DNA of 49,068 nt, taken from NCBI GenBank assembly GCA_045535465.1, contig JAZSLS010000035.1, positions 1 through 49,068 on the forward strand. Direction: 5' to 3'. A model generated the notes under the pieces. The model worked only from the letters and a program-made list of their open reading frames with translations. It ran no database searches and was not told where the DNA came from. Within the stretch, counting starts at the first letter, position 1; the number at the start of each line of letters is the position of its first letter. This stretch comes from Eubacteriales bacterium. Lineage in GTDB: Bacteria; Bacillota; Clostridia; Oscillospirales; CAG-382. This document shows, one piece after another, positions 1-8,602 of the stretch. The position numbers and the translations under genes are program-made.

Positions 1-713
1 GGGTCTTTGCCATAGACTTCCTGATGGCGAAGCTCAAGACGGCGGGCGCCGCTGAACATTACATATACGATGCCTATGTATCCGAGTGATGCTATAACCC
101 ATTGCCCGGCTGTGCAGCAGGCACCGATGCAGATAACAAAACTGCCGGTCCACATAAGCACCTCGCCGAAATAGTTGGGGCAGCGCACTATGCGGTAGAG
201 CCCTGTGCTGACAAAACGGCCGGCGTCCTGTTTCTTGGCGGCGCTCTTTTGTGCATCGGCAATCATTTCAATGATTACTCCAATGGCGGCAATGGATGCG
301 CCTATCCATGCCCACGCCTCATTTACAGGTGCTCCGTGCCCGAGGTTGTAGAGGTAGAATGTCGCGGGGCTTATCTGCCCAATGTAAAGCAGTGCGCACG
401 ATATCCATATCATAAACATCGCAAACAGAGGCTTGCGTTTGGTATTGTCGGGTTGGTAGAGTATCTTTTTGTATGAAGCCGATCTGCGCTCGCGTATTAG
501 CAGATAGCCCGCTAAACGTATGCCATAGACAAACAGCACGCCACACAATATTGCGACAGGAAGGGTTATCTCGTCAGCAAATATTATGGCTGTTGCTACT
601 GCAAGCGCTGATATCGAAAGACCGTAGCCGATGCTGAAGAAGTAGATGAAGTATATCCACCCTAATGCTGATACAAGGAATGATATTCCTAAAAGAATGT
701 AAAGGTAGTCCAT
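1..713 (-). CDS. Host DUF1295 / steroid 5-alpha-reductase-like membrane protein (runs off left edge)
   Basis: Not in the ORF track because it has no stop in the window. Manual translation from ATG at 713 gives MDYLYILLGISFLVSALGWIY...ADAQKSAAK...FVSTGLYRIVRCPNYFGEVLMW; hydrophobic, with the GLY..R.PNYFGE motif typical of DUF1295. Confidence 0.8.
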   Translation of the reverse strand, partial: MDYLYILLGISFLVSALGWIYFIYFFSIGYGLSISALAVATAIIFADEITLPVAILCGVLFVYGIRLAGYLLIRERRSASYKKILYQPDNTKRKPLFAMFMIWISCALLYIGQISPATFYLYNLGHGAPVNEAWAWIGASIAAIGVIIEMIADAQKSAAKKQDAGRFVSTGLYRIVRCPNYFGEVLMWTGSFVICIGACCTAGQWVIASLGYIGIVYVMFSGARRLELRHQEVYGKD

Positions 714-837
714 AGCTTGTTATATTTTGGTTGGTAATACCGTCGGTACAAGTATAGTAAAAATTATAACAAGATTGAGTGGTTTTTGTTGTTTTTTTGA
801 TGCTTTGCCGGAAAACTCTTTTTGAAGAATGAAATGT

Positions 838-1026
838 CCCCTTTTTGCGGTTCCTTTGCAAGAAATTAGGAAACGCTGTCGCGTTTTTCTTGTTTTGCTC
901 TCTACCCAGTCCGTGAGCAAGCTCCCGGCTTCTTTTAGGGAGGAATTGACTTCGCTTCACTTTGTTTCGCTTGTCGATCCCTTTTTGTGGTTCCTTTGCA
1001 AGAAACAAGAACGCTGTCGCGTTTTT
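838..1026. repeat. Two imperfect ~50-bp direct repeats in host intergenic DNA
   Basis: ccctttttgcggttcctttgcaagaaattaggaaacgctgtcgcgttttt (~838-888) versus ccctttttgtggttcctttgcaagaaacaagaacgctgtcgcgttttt (~979-1026). Confidence 0.8.
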
Positions 1027-1081
1027 ATCTAATTTTATTTTATATTTCGTCGGCAAGCAAGCTTTCCACTCATATAAAATA

Positions 1082-1113
1082 AAATTAGGAAACAATTCAT
1101 TGTTTCCTAATTT
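1082..1113 (-). terminator. Probable original terminator of the tRNA-Ser gene, displaced by prophage insertion
   Basis: Inverted repeat aaattaggaaacaat / attgtttcctaattt immediately downstream (minus strand) of the att core copy, followed by T-rich sequence on the minus strand. Confidence 0.6.
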
Positions 1114-1116
1114 CTT

Positions 1117-1129
1117 GCGGAGAGAGAGG
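1117..1129. repeat. att core, left copy (GCGGAGAGAGAGG)
   Basis: 12/13 identical to GCGGAGAGGGAGG at 48307-48319, the 3' end of tRNA-Ser; lies about 140 bp from the integrase stop. Confidence 0.88.
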
Positions 1130-1270
1130 CTCTAAGACGAAAAATACCATAGAATACAATAGAATAACAAAACGGCAATTTACGCGCCTTTTGCCGGATA
1201 TTTGGATATTGTAGACTATCATAGACTGCCATATAATACCTGCCTATTCGGGTTTCTTTTTGGGTTCCCG

Positions 1271-2569
1271 CTATTTGGAAGGTTCAAAATTATCAAATTT
1301 CCCCATTTCTTCTACCTTCAACTTGTCTACTATTTTAATATAGGGTTTCATAGCCTTGTAGTCACTATGCCCCGTCCACTTCATTACGACCTCAGCAGGA
1401 ACCCCAAGGCGCAGGGCATTAACAACGAAGGTACGACGGGCGCAGTGGGTAGTAATAACGGCGTACTTCGGTAAAACTTCTTCGTACCGCTGGCTTCCCT
1501 TGAAATATACGATTCTTTGCGGGGTGTCTAAGCCGGCTATTTCCGCCATTACTTTAAGTTGTTCGTTCATTTTGGCGTTACTAATAACCGGCAGGGCCTT
1601 ATCGTTTGGCAGTTCTATATGGCTATACCTTTTGAGGATTGCCCGGCTATACTTGTTAAGTTCAATAATAAGCCCGTCTACGGTTTTTTGCGTTACCACC
1701 TTTATATAGTTTTCCCGAATATCAGACCGGCGGAGCTTAGCAACGTCCGAATAGCGAAGACCGGTAAAGCAGCAGAAGCAAAAGACATCGCGTACAGCCG
1801 AAAGCGCGGTACGCTTGGCCGGAAATTCAAAGTTAAACAGGCTAATAAGTTCTTCCCATTCTAAGTATATTATTTCCTTAGCGTTCCCGTCCACGCCTTT
1901 AAGCCTTGGCTTAAAGTTTTCGTAATCGGTAGAAGGGTTATACCCTTTATTCCACGCCCAGCGCAGGAACCAGCGAAAGAAGGAAAGATACTTAGATATA
2001 GTGGTATTACGTAGGCCTTCTTCCTGCAAGCTTATAACGAAACCTTGTAAAGCTTCTGTATTCAACCCTTCAAAACTTAGGGCCTTGCTATACTTTTGTA
2101 GATGTTCGCGCAGGCTATTAAACTTCGTATAGGTAGCTTTGCTCCAAGCGTTCTGCCTACCCATTGTTTCCATAAATTCAGAATAGGCCCTGTAAAAGGA
2201 AAGGCCGGATTCTTCCGGCTGGGGTTCGGGCTTACGTTTCCCGGTAGCTTCTTCGTAGGCCGCCTTCAATTCTTCGGGAGTTGGGGCGCGGTGTTCCAAA
2301 AGTTCAAAGCGGGTAAAAATTTCGTTTATTCGTTCTTCCGTTTTCAGTATTTCCCTGTTTATTTCGCCGGCGGATTGCCCGAAGCGGTTGCGGGTGTTTA
2401 CCGTTACCCTTTCTTCGGCGGCCTTCCACTTCGCCGGCTCTATACTATACCCTAAGCGGAGTTCTACGCGGTTCCCACCATACGAAACCCTTACACGAAT
2501 AGGCAGGGTTTCGCAAAGAACCCCGTTTACTTTCTTGGGGAATAGCGAAAACTTTATAGCTTTTTTCAT
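1271..2569 (-). CDS. int: Tyrosine recombinase / phage integrase
   Basis: Catalytic signature TGLRYSD (R), TQKT (K), THCARRTF (HxxR), TGHS (H), KPY (Y); Bacteroidetes-type N-terminal arm-binding region. Likely start ATG 2569, overlapping the upstream stop as ATGA; the ORF track extends it to 2605. Confidence 0.95.
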   Translation of the reverse strand: MKKAIKFSLFPKKVNGVLCETLPIRVRVSYGGNRVELRLGYSIEPAKWKAAEERVTVNTRNRFGQSAGEINREILKTEERINEIFTRFELLEHRAPTPEELKAAYEEATGKRKPEPQPEESGLSFYRAYSEFMETMGRQNAWSKATYTKFNSLREHLQKYSKALSFEGLNTEALQGFVISLQEEGLRNTTISKYLSFFRWFLRWAWNKGYNPSTDYENFKPRLKGVDGNAKEIIYLEWEELISLFNFEFPAKRTALSAVRDVFCFCCFTGLRYSDVAKLRRSDIRENYIKVVTQKTVDGLIIELNKYSRAILKRYSHIELPNDKALPVISNAKMNEQLKVMAEIAGLDTPQRIVYFKGSQRYEEVLPKYAVITTHCARRTFVVNALRLGVPAEVVMKWTGHSDYKAMKPYIKIVDKLKVEEMGKFDNFEPSK

Positions 2570-2874
2570 TTCGTAAACATTTTGCCGCGACCTGTAAGCA
2601 ACCAATTAGCGGAAACGGAATACCGCATAGCAAGATAATACAGGGCTTCTATATGGATTGACTTGTAGCGCGAAGTATTAACAGGGCTTGGAGTAACGCC
2701 ATAAGTAAAACGAGCTTCGCGGTACCTTGGAGAATTAAGGCCCGATTCCTTGCAGAAGCTATCCAGCGACGCAAGGCGACCCAGCGCAACAAGCGTATCT
2801 ATTGCGACAAAGAACCGGCGGTTTACGCCGTCTTCTATTGGTGTTACTACCTTAGGCTTCTTCGGCGCGCGCAT
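2566..2874 (-). CDS. Putative HTH DNA-binding protein
   Basis: 102 aa ending YSVSANWLLTGRGKMF, a tail typical of XRE/CI-like HTH domains; stop overlaps the integrase start. Confidence 0.6.
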   Translation of the reverse strand: MRAPKKPKVVTPIEDGVNRRFFVAIDTLVALGRLASLDSFCKESGLNSPRYREARFTYGVTPSPVNTSRYKSIHIEALYYLAMRYSVSANWLLTGRGKMFTK

Positions 2875-3031
2875 ATTCGGAAAGCATTAGTTCGTATTCG
2901 GCCTTTGGAACTTCGGCGGTTTCCTCCCCAGAGATAAAGGCAGCTTCTAACGCATTAAAGACGGGTTCCGGCATATAAGGAAAATAGGCCGGGTTATTAT
3001 AGTATTTCGCTACTTCTATAACGGTATTCAT
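2852..3031 (-). CDS. Small acidic hypothetical protein (59 aa)
   Basis: Manual translation MNTVIEVAKYYNNPAYFPYMPEPVFNALEAAFISGEETAEVPKAEYELMLSEYARAEEA*; below the ORF-track cutoff; overlaps the next gene's start. Confidence 0.6.
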   Translation of the reverse strand: MNTVIEVAKYYNNPAYFPYMPEPVFNALEAAFISGEETAEVPKAEYELMLSEYARAEEA

Positions 3032-3175
3032 ACGGAAGTTATTTTTAGTAAATATTCGATTTGTGCCACTTTTGTAGCGCGGACGTATATTTTATTGTTT
3101 TGAAAATTTGCGCTTAAATTTGGGGCATTTGTGCGCGTTTTCGGAACGAGTACACTCAAAACGCACTGCATTGCA

Positions 3176-3571
3176 TTATTTTGCGCTAAGCTTTTCTATA
3201 ACGGATATAAGCCTATTTATTTGTTCGTCCTTTTCCTTTAACATAGCTTGGTAGCCCTTTTGCAATTCCAGCAAGGTAGCCATATCGTTATGGCTAACGT
3301 TGTTTCCGTTACCGGCTACGGTGGTGTTGTTATCGCCCCTTACGTTGCCTAAGTTGCTCCTTAACAGCATTTCACCCTCTCCGGTCATAAGCCAAATAGG
3401 GTTAAGTTCCGGGAAGTTTTCGGTTATTGCCTTCAACTTGTCGGGTTGTACCGACTTACGTATAGAGTTCACAAAGGAAGTAGAAGTACCTATACGCCTA
3501 CAAAATTCGCGGTCACTAATTCGCAAAGTTTTTATAAACTCTTTAAGTCTTTGTTTTACACCGATTTCCAT
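3176..3571 (-). CDS. CI-like XRE-family phage repressor
   Basis: N-terminal HTH (RLKEFIKTLRISDREFCRRIG...PELNPIWLMTGEGEM) and C-terminal coiled coil; divergent from the early operon. Confidence 0.8.
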   Translation of the reverse strand: MEIGVKQRLKEFIKTLRISDREFCRRIGTSTSFVNSIRKSVQPDKLKAITENFPELNPIWLMTGEGEMLLRSNLGNVRGDNNTTVAGNGNNVSHNDMATLLELQKGYQAMLKEKDEQINRLISVIEKLSAK

Positions 3572-3603
3572 TGTTTTTTAATTAGGAGCGCAAAAAAAAA
3601 TTC

Positions 3604-3709
3604 GCAAAAATCTGCTGCAAATACTTGCATATTACACTGCTTTGCTATACATTTGCACTCGGTTACTAATACGGTTGCAAAATTAACGCAAAAAATTGCT
3701 TTACGCAAA
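3604..3709. promoter_or_regulatory. Lysis/lysogeny switch region with face-to-face Bacteroidetes-type promoters
   Basis: Rightward -7 element TACATTTG at 3648-3655. Leftward -7 element TAATTTTG (caaaatta 3678-3685) with -33 TTTG (caaa 3706-3709) 20 nt away. GCAA-N4-TTGC-like boxes at 3604, 3617 and 3688. Confidence 0.6.
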
Positions 3710-3735
3710 TTTGTAGGATAGCAAAAAGTACCTAT

Positions 3736-3981
3736 ATGGACAAAAATAACAAACTTATGTATAGTACAACATTCATAAACCAAAACTACCGTATCAAAGT
3801 ATACGGGGTAGACGTTGAAGGAAAGCGCATTAACAAGCTGGTCGGAGTAAGCGGACTTATAGAGCTTGTAGGTATTGAGTTCTTAAATAAGTTCATTACC
3901 CGCGCGATAAAAAACATAAACGCGGATAGCACACGCTGCCGCCTTCGTAGAGGATTGCAAGTTACACTATATAACAAATAA
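3736..3981 (+). CDS. Phage hypothetical protein (first early gene)
   Basis: 81-aa basic ORF, first in the rightward operon. Confidence 0.7.
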   Translation: MDKNNKLMYSTTFINQNYRIKVYGVDVEGKRINKLVGVSGLIELVGIEFLNKFITRAIKNINADSTRCRLRRGLQVTLYNK

Positions 3982-3988
3982 GTACATT

Positions 3989-4204
3989 ATGGCTATCAAT
4001 TACAGGAAACTAAAAGCTCAAGTAGGGCCGTTCACGGACGAAAACGGAAAGAAAGGCTTTCTATTCAGCGTAACCGAAGAACAAAAGGCCCGTGGTCTTT
4101 ATTGTATTTTCCAAGCAGGAGTATCTAAGCGCAGCTTCTTACGCACCTTGCTATGGTTCACACAGGAAGAAGAAGAACTTACCCGCGACTACGTAATAGG
4201 CTAA
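3989..4204 (+). CDS. Phage hypothetical protein
   Basis: 71-aa ORF, tightly packed in the operon. Confidence 0.6.
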   Translation: MAINYRKLKAQVGPFTDENGKKGFLFSVTEEQKARGLYCIFQAGVSKRSFLRTLLWFTQEEEELTRDYVIG

Positions 4205-4250
4205 CGGGTAAGGGCATTTATTTAATATTAACGTCTTATAATAATACGAT

Positions 4251-4481
4251 ATGGGCGAAACGACAATTTACAAAGAAGGATTTAACGCCGGCTACATGCA
4301 GCTTCGGCAGATGGACGTACGGCAGGCGACAAAAGACCTGTGGGCGGCCCTTGGGATTAACAACCGTAATACTTTTTCTTTCTACCGCCACGGCAAAAGG
4401 GAGCCTTCGGCCAGCCAAGCCGTAGCGATAGAACTGACATTTAGGAAGTACGGGGTAACTACTAACATTTGGGGGAAATAG
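4251..4481 (+). CDS. Cro-like small HTH protein
   Basis: 76 aa; LWAALGINNRNTFSFYRHGKREP resembles an XRE-type HTH. Confidence 0.55.
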   Translation: MGETTIYKEGFNAGYMQLRQMDVRQATKDLWAALGINNRNTFSFYRHGKREPSASQAVAIELTFRKYGVTTNIWGK

Positions 4482-4485
4482 GACT

Positions 4486-4878
4486 ATGAAGGCAAACGCA
4501 ACACTTACGCCCCGCGAAGCCGAAGTCGCCGAATTGTTGGCTTGGGGTGCTGCCAAGAAGGAAGTAGCGGATAAACTAAACATTTCCACCCGTACGGTAG
4601 AGAACACAGCCCGCAACATATACGGCAAAATTGGTATTCAGAAGGCTACGGAATTGTGCGTATGGTGGTTTTGTACCCGTTGCGGCGTTTCCTTCGACCT
4701 ATCCCCTATTAAGCGCAGCATTATAGCTGTGTTCCTACTTGTTATTTTCCTTCCCTACGAATTTACCCAGCAGGATAAAGACATATTCCGCGTAGGCAGA
4801 AGCAGGACACGCACCGAAGCAAGGGCCGCGCGCGGACGCAGAAGGAGCGAAGACGACGGCCCTACGATTGAGTTTTAA
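4486..4878 (+). CDS. LuxR/GerE-type HTH transcriptional regulator
   Basis: LTPREAEVAELLAWGAAKKEVADKLNISTRTVENTARNIYGKIGI is a canonical LuxR C-terminal HTH. Confidence 0.85.
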   Translation: MKANATLTPREAEVAELLAWGAAKKEVADKLNISTRTVENTARNIYGKIGIQKATELCVWWFCTRCGVSFDLSPIKRSIIAVFLLVIFLPYEFTQQDKDIFRVGRSRTRTEARAARGRRRSEDDGPTIEF

Positions 4879-4898
4879 CAAATAACACCCGATAGACT

Positions 4899-5126
4899 AT
4901 GAGCATAGAGAACATAACAAAGGAAATTAGGGGGGGCGTAATTGGCCTTCTTGTAATGGTAGGTTTAATTCTAATTGCCAGCGAACCTGTAGAACAGGAA
5001 GCGTGGTGCCGGGTATTCCTTACCAGCAAATTAGCGGGTTTTGGCCTTTGGGGTATTTGCGCGCTTCTTTACAAACGTTGGGAAAGTAAGGGTTTACTTC
5101 CGGAAGAATTTACCGAAGACGAATAA
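4899..5126 (+). CDS. Small membrane protein
   Basis: 75 aa with two hydrophobic segments. Confidence 0.6.
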   Translation: MSIENITKEIRGGVIGLLVMVGLILIASEPVEQEAWCRVFLTSKLAGFGLWGICALLYKRWESKGLLPEEFTEDE

Positions 5127-5437
5127 TGGCAGCAATAGACGAAAATAAACGGGTAATAGACTTAACGGTAGCGGAGTTCCGCCAGCTGTTACAGGAAACG
5201 CGGGACGTAAGCCCGCCGCCCGTTGTAGTAGATACGACCAAAAGGCGAAGCCCGTACGTTTACGGCATTTCCGGAATAGCGCAGCTATTTGGGTGCAGTA
5301 TGACGCAGGCCAACCGGATAAAGAGAAGCGGGAAGATTGACGCAGCAATAACCCAAGTAGGAAGAATGATTATAACTGACGCGGAAAAGGCCTTAGCATT
5401 AGCAGGCAAGAAAGATAAACGGACATTCAAAAAATAA
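5126..5437 (+). CDS. DUF3853-like protein (putative excisionase-like DNA-binding protein)
   Basis: YVYGISGIAQLFGCSMTQANRIKRSGKIDAAITQVGRMIITDAEKALAL matches the pattern of Bacteroides DUF3853 proteins. Confidence 0.75.
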   Translation: MAAIDENKRVIDLTVAEFRQLLQETRDVSPPPVVVDTTKRRSPYVYGISGIAQLFGCSMTQANRIKRSGKIDAAITQVGRMIITDAEKALALAGKKDKRTFKK

Positions 5438-5442
5438 AGAAT

Positions 5443-7479
5443 ATGAACAAAGTAGAACTATTAAGATTGACGCTTAAAAACTTCAAAGGTTTGAAGGAAT
5501 TAGCGGTAGACTTCGGAAACGTCACGACCATTTCCGGAGAAAACGGAACCGGAAAAACTACGGTATTCGACGCTTTTACTTGGTGCCTGTTCGGTAAGGA
5601 CAGCGCAGGCAGAACAGACAGCGGACGCGGAAGCTTTACGATTAAAACCGTAGACGCGACAGGCAGGCCGATAGAGAAGCTGGAACACACCGTTACGGCG
5701 GTTCTTTCCCTTAACGGTAGCGAAGTGGAACTTACCCGTTCCCTCGTTGAAGATTGGGTAAAGCCGCGCGGAAAGGCGGAAGTAGAGCTGAAAGGCAATA
5801 CTACACACTACTATGTAAACGGCGTAGAGGTAAAGGCAGGGCAATACCAAGCCAAAGTAACGGAGCTTATAGACGAACAGCTATTTAAGCTTATTACCAG
5901 CCCGGCGTACTTCCCTTCTTTGGATTGGCAGGCCCAGCGAAATATACTTATGACGATAGCCGGCGGTGTAACCTTCGAGGAAGTGGCAGCGGGCCGCGAA
6001 GACTTCATAGCCATCGTAGCGAAGCTTTCCGGAAAGGATATGGCCGCCTACAAAGCGGAAATAGCATACCGCAAGGGCGTGGTTAAGAAGGAACAGGACA
6101 AATGCCCCGTAGAGATTAACGCTATAACTTCCGTAACGCCACAGGCTCCGGACTATGCAGCCTTAGAAACGGAAAAGGCGACGCTTTCCGCTAAGTTGGA
6201 AGACGTAGAAAAGCAGATTATAGACATCGCCGAAACCACCCGCAAGAACTACCTGCAGGCGCAGGAAAGACAGCGCAAAATAAACGAGCTGAAAACCCAG
6301 CAGAACGAAGTAGTATTCGCCGCAAGGCAGAAGAAGCAAAGTCAAGGCTACGAAGCCAACGCACACCGTAACGAGCTTATAGTAAAACTTTCAGCCAAGC
6401 AGCGCGAATCGGATAACTACGACACAATAGAAGCCCGCGAGAAGGCCGACCTTGAACGTAGGATAAAAGAGAATAACGAGAAGATAGCCGGACTGCAGCA
6501 GCAGAGAACCGCCAAGCTTACCGAATGGGAGAATAAGAACGCGGAAGAATACCGCGCAAGCAGCGAAGGCCTTATTTGCCCGATTTATAGAACGCTTTGT
6601 AGCGACGCTTCGGTGTTGAAGACTGACGCGGAAGCCAAGACTAAGGCTAAGGCAGCCTTTGAACAGGCGAAGGAAGCAGAACTGACCCGCATTACCAGCG
6701 AAGGCCAGGCCATTAACGCCCAAATAAAGGACGCGGAGAAGTACGGCGCAGAGCTTACCCAGCAGCTGACCCAGCACAACGACACGGCTAAGCAGAAGAA
6801 ACAGGAATACGCCAACGAGATAGCGAAGCTTAGCGCAGAACTTGAAAGAACGCCGGAGGTTATTATCAGCACCGACGTAAACCCTGCAGACCTTCCGGAG
6901 TGGCAGGCATTAGAAGCCCAAATAACGGCTATTCCAGCACCGACGGAAGATGGCACAGCCGCGAATACTTCCGAGCTTATAGCCAAGAAAAACGACCTTA
7001 ATACGCAGATTAACTCCATAAACGCCAAGCTTAACCTTCGCGTAGTCATTGAGAATAACGAAAAGAAGGTAGCAGAGATTAAGGCAAGGGAAAGGGAATT
7101 AGCCCAGCAGCTGGCCGACTTGGAGAAGGAAGAATTTACCGCCGACGCACTTAACAAGGCGCGAATGGACGAAGTGGAACGCCGCGTAAACGGACTTTTC
7201 CAAAACGTACGCTTCCGTATGTATGAACGCCAGCTTAACGGTGGCGAAGTTCCTACTTGCGTAGCCTCGGTAAACGGCGTAAAGTATTCAGACCTTAATA
7301 CGGCAGGAAAGATAAACGCGGGGCTTGACATTATTAACACCCTTGGCCTATACCACGGCATAAGCGCGCCGGTATTCATTGACAACTCGGAAAGCGTAAA
7401 CAACCTATTCCCTATTACTTCTCAGCTTATAAAGCTTAGGGTAAGCACCGACAAAGAACTCAGTATTAACCAACTTTAA
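5443..7479 (+). CDS. SMC/Rad50-like coiled-coil ATPase
   Basis: LKNFKG, Walker A GENGTGKTT, long coiled coil, C-terminal signature/Walker B region LNTAG...PVFIDNSESV. Confidence 0.85.
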   Translation: MNKVELLRLTLKNFKGLKELAVDFGNVTTISGENGTGKTTVFDAFTWCLFGKDSAGRTDSGRGSFTIKTVDATGRPIEKLEHTVTAVLSLNGSEVELTRSLVEDWVKPRGKAEVELKGNTTHYYVNGVEVKAGQYQAKVTELIDEQLFKLITSPAYFPSLDWQAQRNILMTIAGGVTFEEVAAGREDFIAIVAKLSGKDMAAYKAEIAYRKGVVKKEQDKCPVEINAITSVTPQAPDYAALETEKATLSAKLEDVEKQIIDIAETTRKNYLQAQERQRKINELKTQQNEVVFAARQKKQSQGYEANAHRNELIVKLSAKQRESDNYDTIEAREKADLERRIKENNEKIAGLQQQRTAKLTEWENKNAEEYRASSEGLICPIYRTLCSDASVLKTDAEAKTKAKAAFEQAKEAELTRITSEGQAINAQIKDAEKYGAELTQQLTQHNDTAKQKKQEYANEIAKLSAELERTPEVIISTDVNPADLPEWQALEAQITAIPAPTEDGTAANTSELIAKKNDLNTQINSINAKLNLRVVIENNEKKVAEIKARERELAQQLADLEKEEFTADALNKARMDEVERRVNGLFQNVRFRMYERQLNGGEVPTCVASVNGVKYSDLNTAGKINAGLDIINTLGLYHGISAPVFIDNSESVNNLFPITSQLIKLRVSTDKELSINQL

Positions 7480-7490
7480 TAATTCAAATT

Positions 7491-7781
7491 ATGACACAGG
7501 ACAACAAAAAGCGCGGCTTCGCCGAAGAAGTAGCAGCCGTATCGCAGGAGCTTATGCAGCAAACCGAGGACAACAAAAAGAACGCCTTTATTCTTATCGG
7601 TTCTGAAAGATTGGGGGGGGTAGATAAAGAAGAAGGGGACGCTAAGGCGGTTATAGCAATAGGCGGAAACCACGGGCAGCTGGTAAACGTTTTAGCCGAA
7701 TTTATAAACAACCCGCAGACCGCAGACCTTGCCGCCGAAGCCTACAAGGTTGCGATGCTTAAAAAGATATTTAGGAAGTAA
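7491..7781 (+). CDS. Phage hypothetical protein
   Basis: 96-aa ORF in the operon. Confidence 0.65.
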   Translation: MTQDNKKRGFAEEVAAVSQELMQQTEDNKKNAFILIGSERLGGVDKEEGDAKAVIAIGGNHGQLVNVLAEFINNPQTADLAAEAYKVAMLKKIFRK

Positions 7782-7798
7782 CATTAAACAACATCACT

Positions 7799-8599
7799 AT
7801 GGCAGAAGAAACAAGTTTGTCAATAATTGACAACGCAAAGCAAAAGTTCGAGCTTGCCTGCAAAGACGCGGCCAGCTTGCAGATAGTAAACAACTTCGGC
7901 GCAGCGTTTACAGCAGTAAACGTTATAGCCCTTCTACGCGAAGCACTTAGCGACGAAGTTATGAACAAAGTCTTTATGCCCCTTATGAACACTAAGGTCG
8001 GCTTCTTGACGGACAGGACAGGAAGACCGGACAAAAGGGGTAACGTAAAACCGCCTTATGGCGTAGCAATAGTAAGGGACGCTATTATAGACGCGGTAAG
8101 TATTGGCCTTCTTCCAACCGGCAACCAATTCAATATCATAGCGGAACGTATGTACCCGACTAAGGAAGGCTATACCGCCCTTCTTCGCAAGCTTGGCGTT
8201 AAATACTTTATAGACGTTTCCCACGACAGGAGCCAAAACCCCGGTTTCGCTGAAATTCCGTGTAAGGTAAGCTACGAATATAACGGCGAAAGAAACAGCT
8301 TTACCGTAGTAGCTACCGTTAAAAAGGACGATTACAGCAGCCACGACCAAATGCGCGGCAAGGCGGAACGCAGGGCTAAGAAAGCCCTATACGAATATAT
8401 TACCGGTTGTGATTTCGGGGACGCAGACGACCAAAGCGGCGCACCTATGTACGCGGAAGTCGAAGTAGAAGACGCGGTAGCCGTAGAGGTTAAGGACAAA
8501 GCCAACAAGGGAGAAACTATGAGCTTCGGAGAGGGCGACTCGGTACCGACAGCTGAACCAGCAGGAACAGGAAAAGCACCAAGAAGGCCAGATTTTTAA
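7799..8599 (+). CDS. Putative single-strand annealing / recombination protein
   Basis: Positioned between an SMC-like ATPase and an MBL nuclease; GLLPTGNQFNII..MYPTKEGY..L and MRGKAERRAKK resemble RecT-like elements; acidic tail. Confidence 0.45.
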   Translation: MAEETSLSIIDNAKQKFELACKDAASLQIVNNFGAAFTAVNVIALLREALSDEVMNKVFMPLMNTKVGFLTDRTGRPDKRGNVKPPYGVAIVRDAIIDAVSIGLLPTGNQFNIIAERMYPTKEGYTALLRKLGVKYFIDVSHDRSQNPGFAEIPCKVSYEYNGERNSFTVVATVKKDDYSSHDQMRGKAERRAKKALYEYITGCDFGDADDQSGAPMYAEVEVEDAVAVEVKDKANKGETMSFGEGDSVPTAEPAGTGKAPRRPDF

Positions 8600-8602
8600 G
8601 CT

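Noticed and set aside
102-1095. ORF-track entries 102-476(+), 319-546(-), 574-1095(-), 720-920(-), 829-1032(+)
   Set aside because: Shadows of the real minus-strand DUF1295-like gene (1-713) or translations of intergenic repeats.
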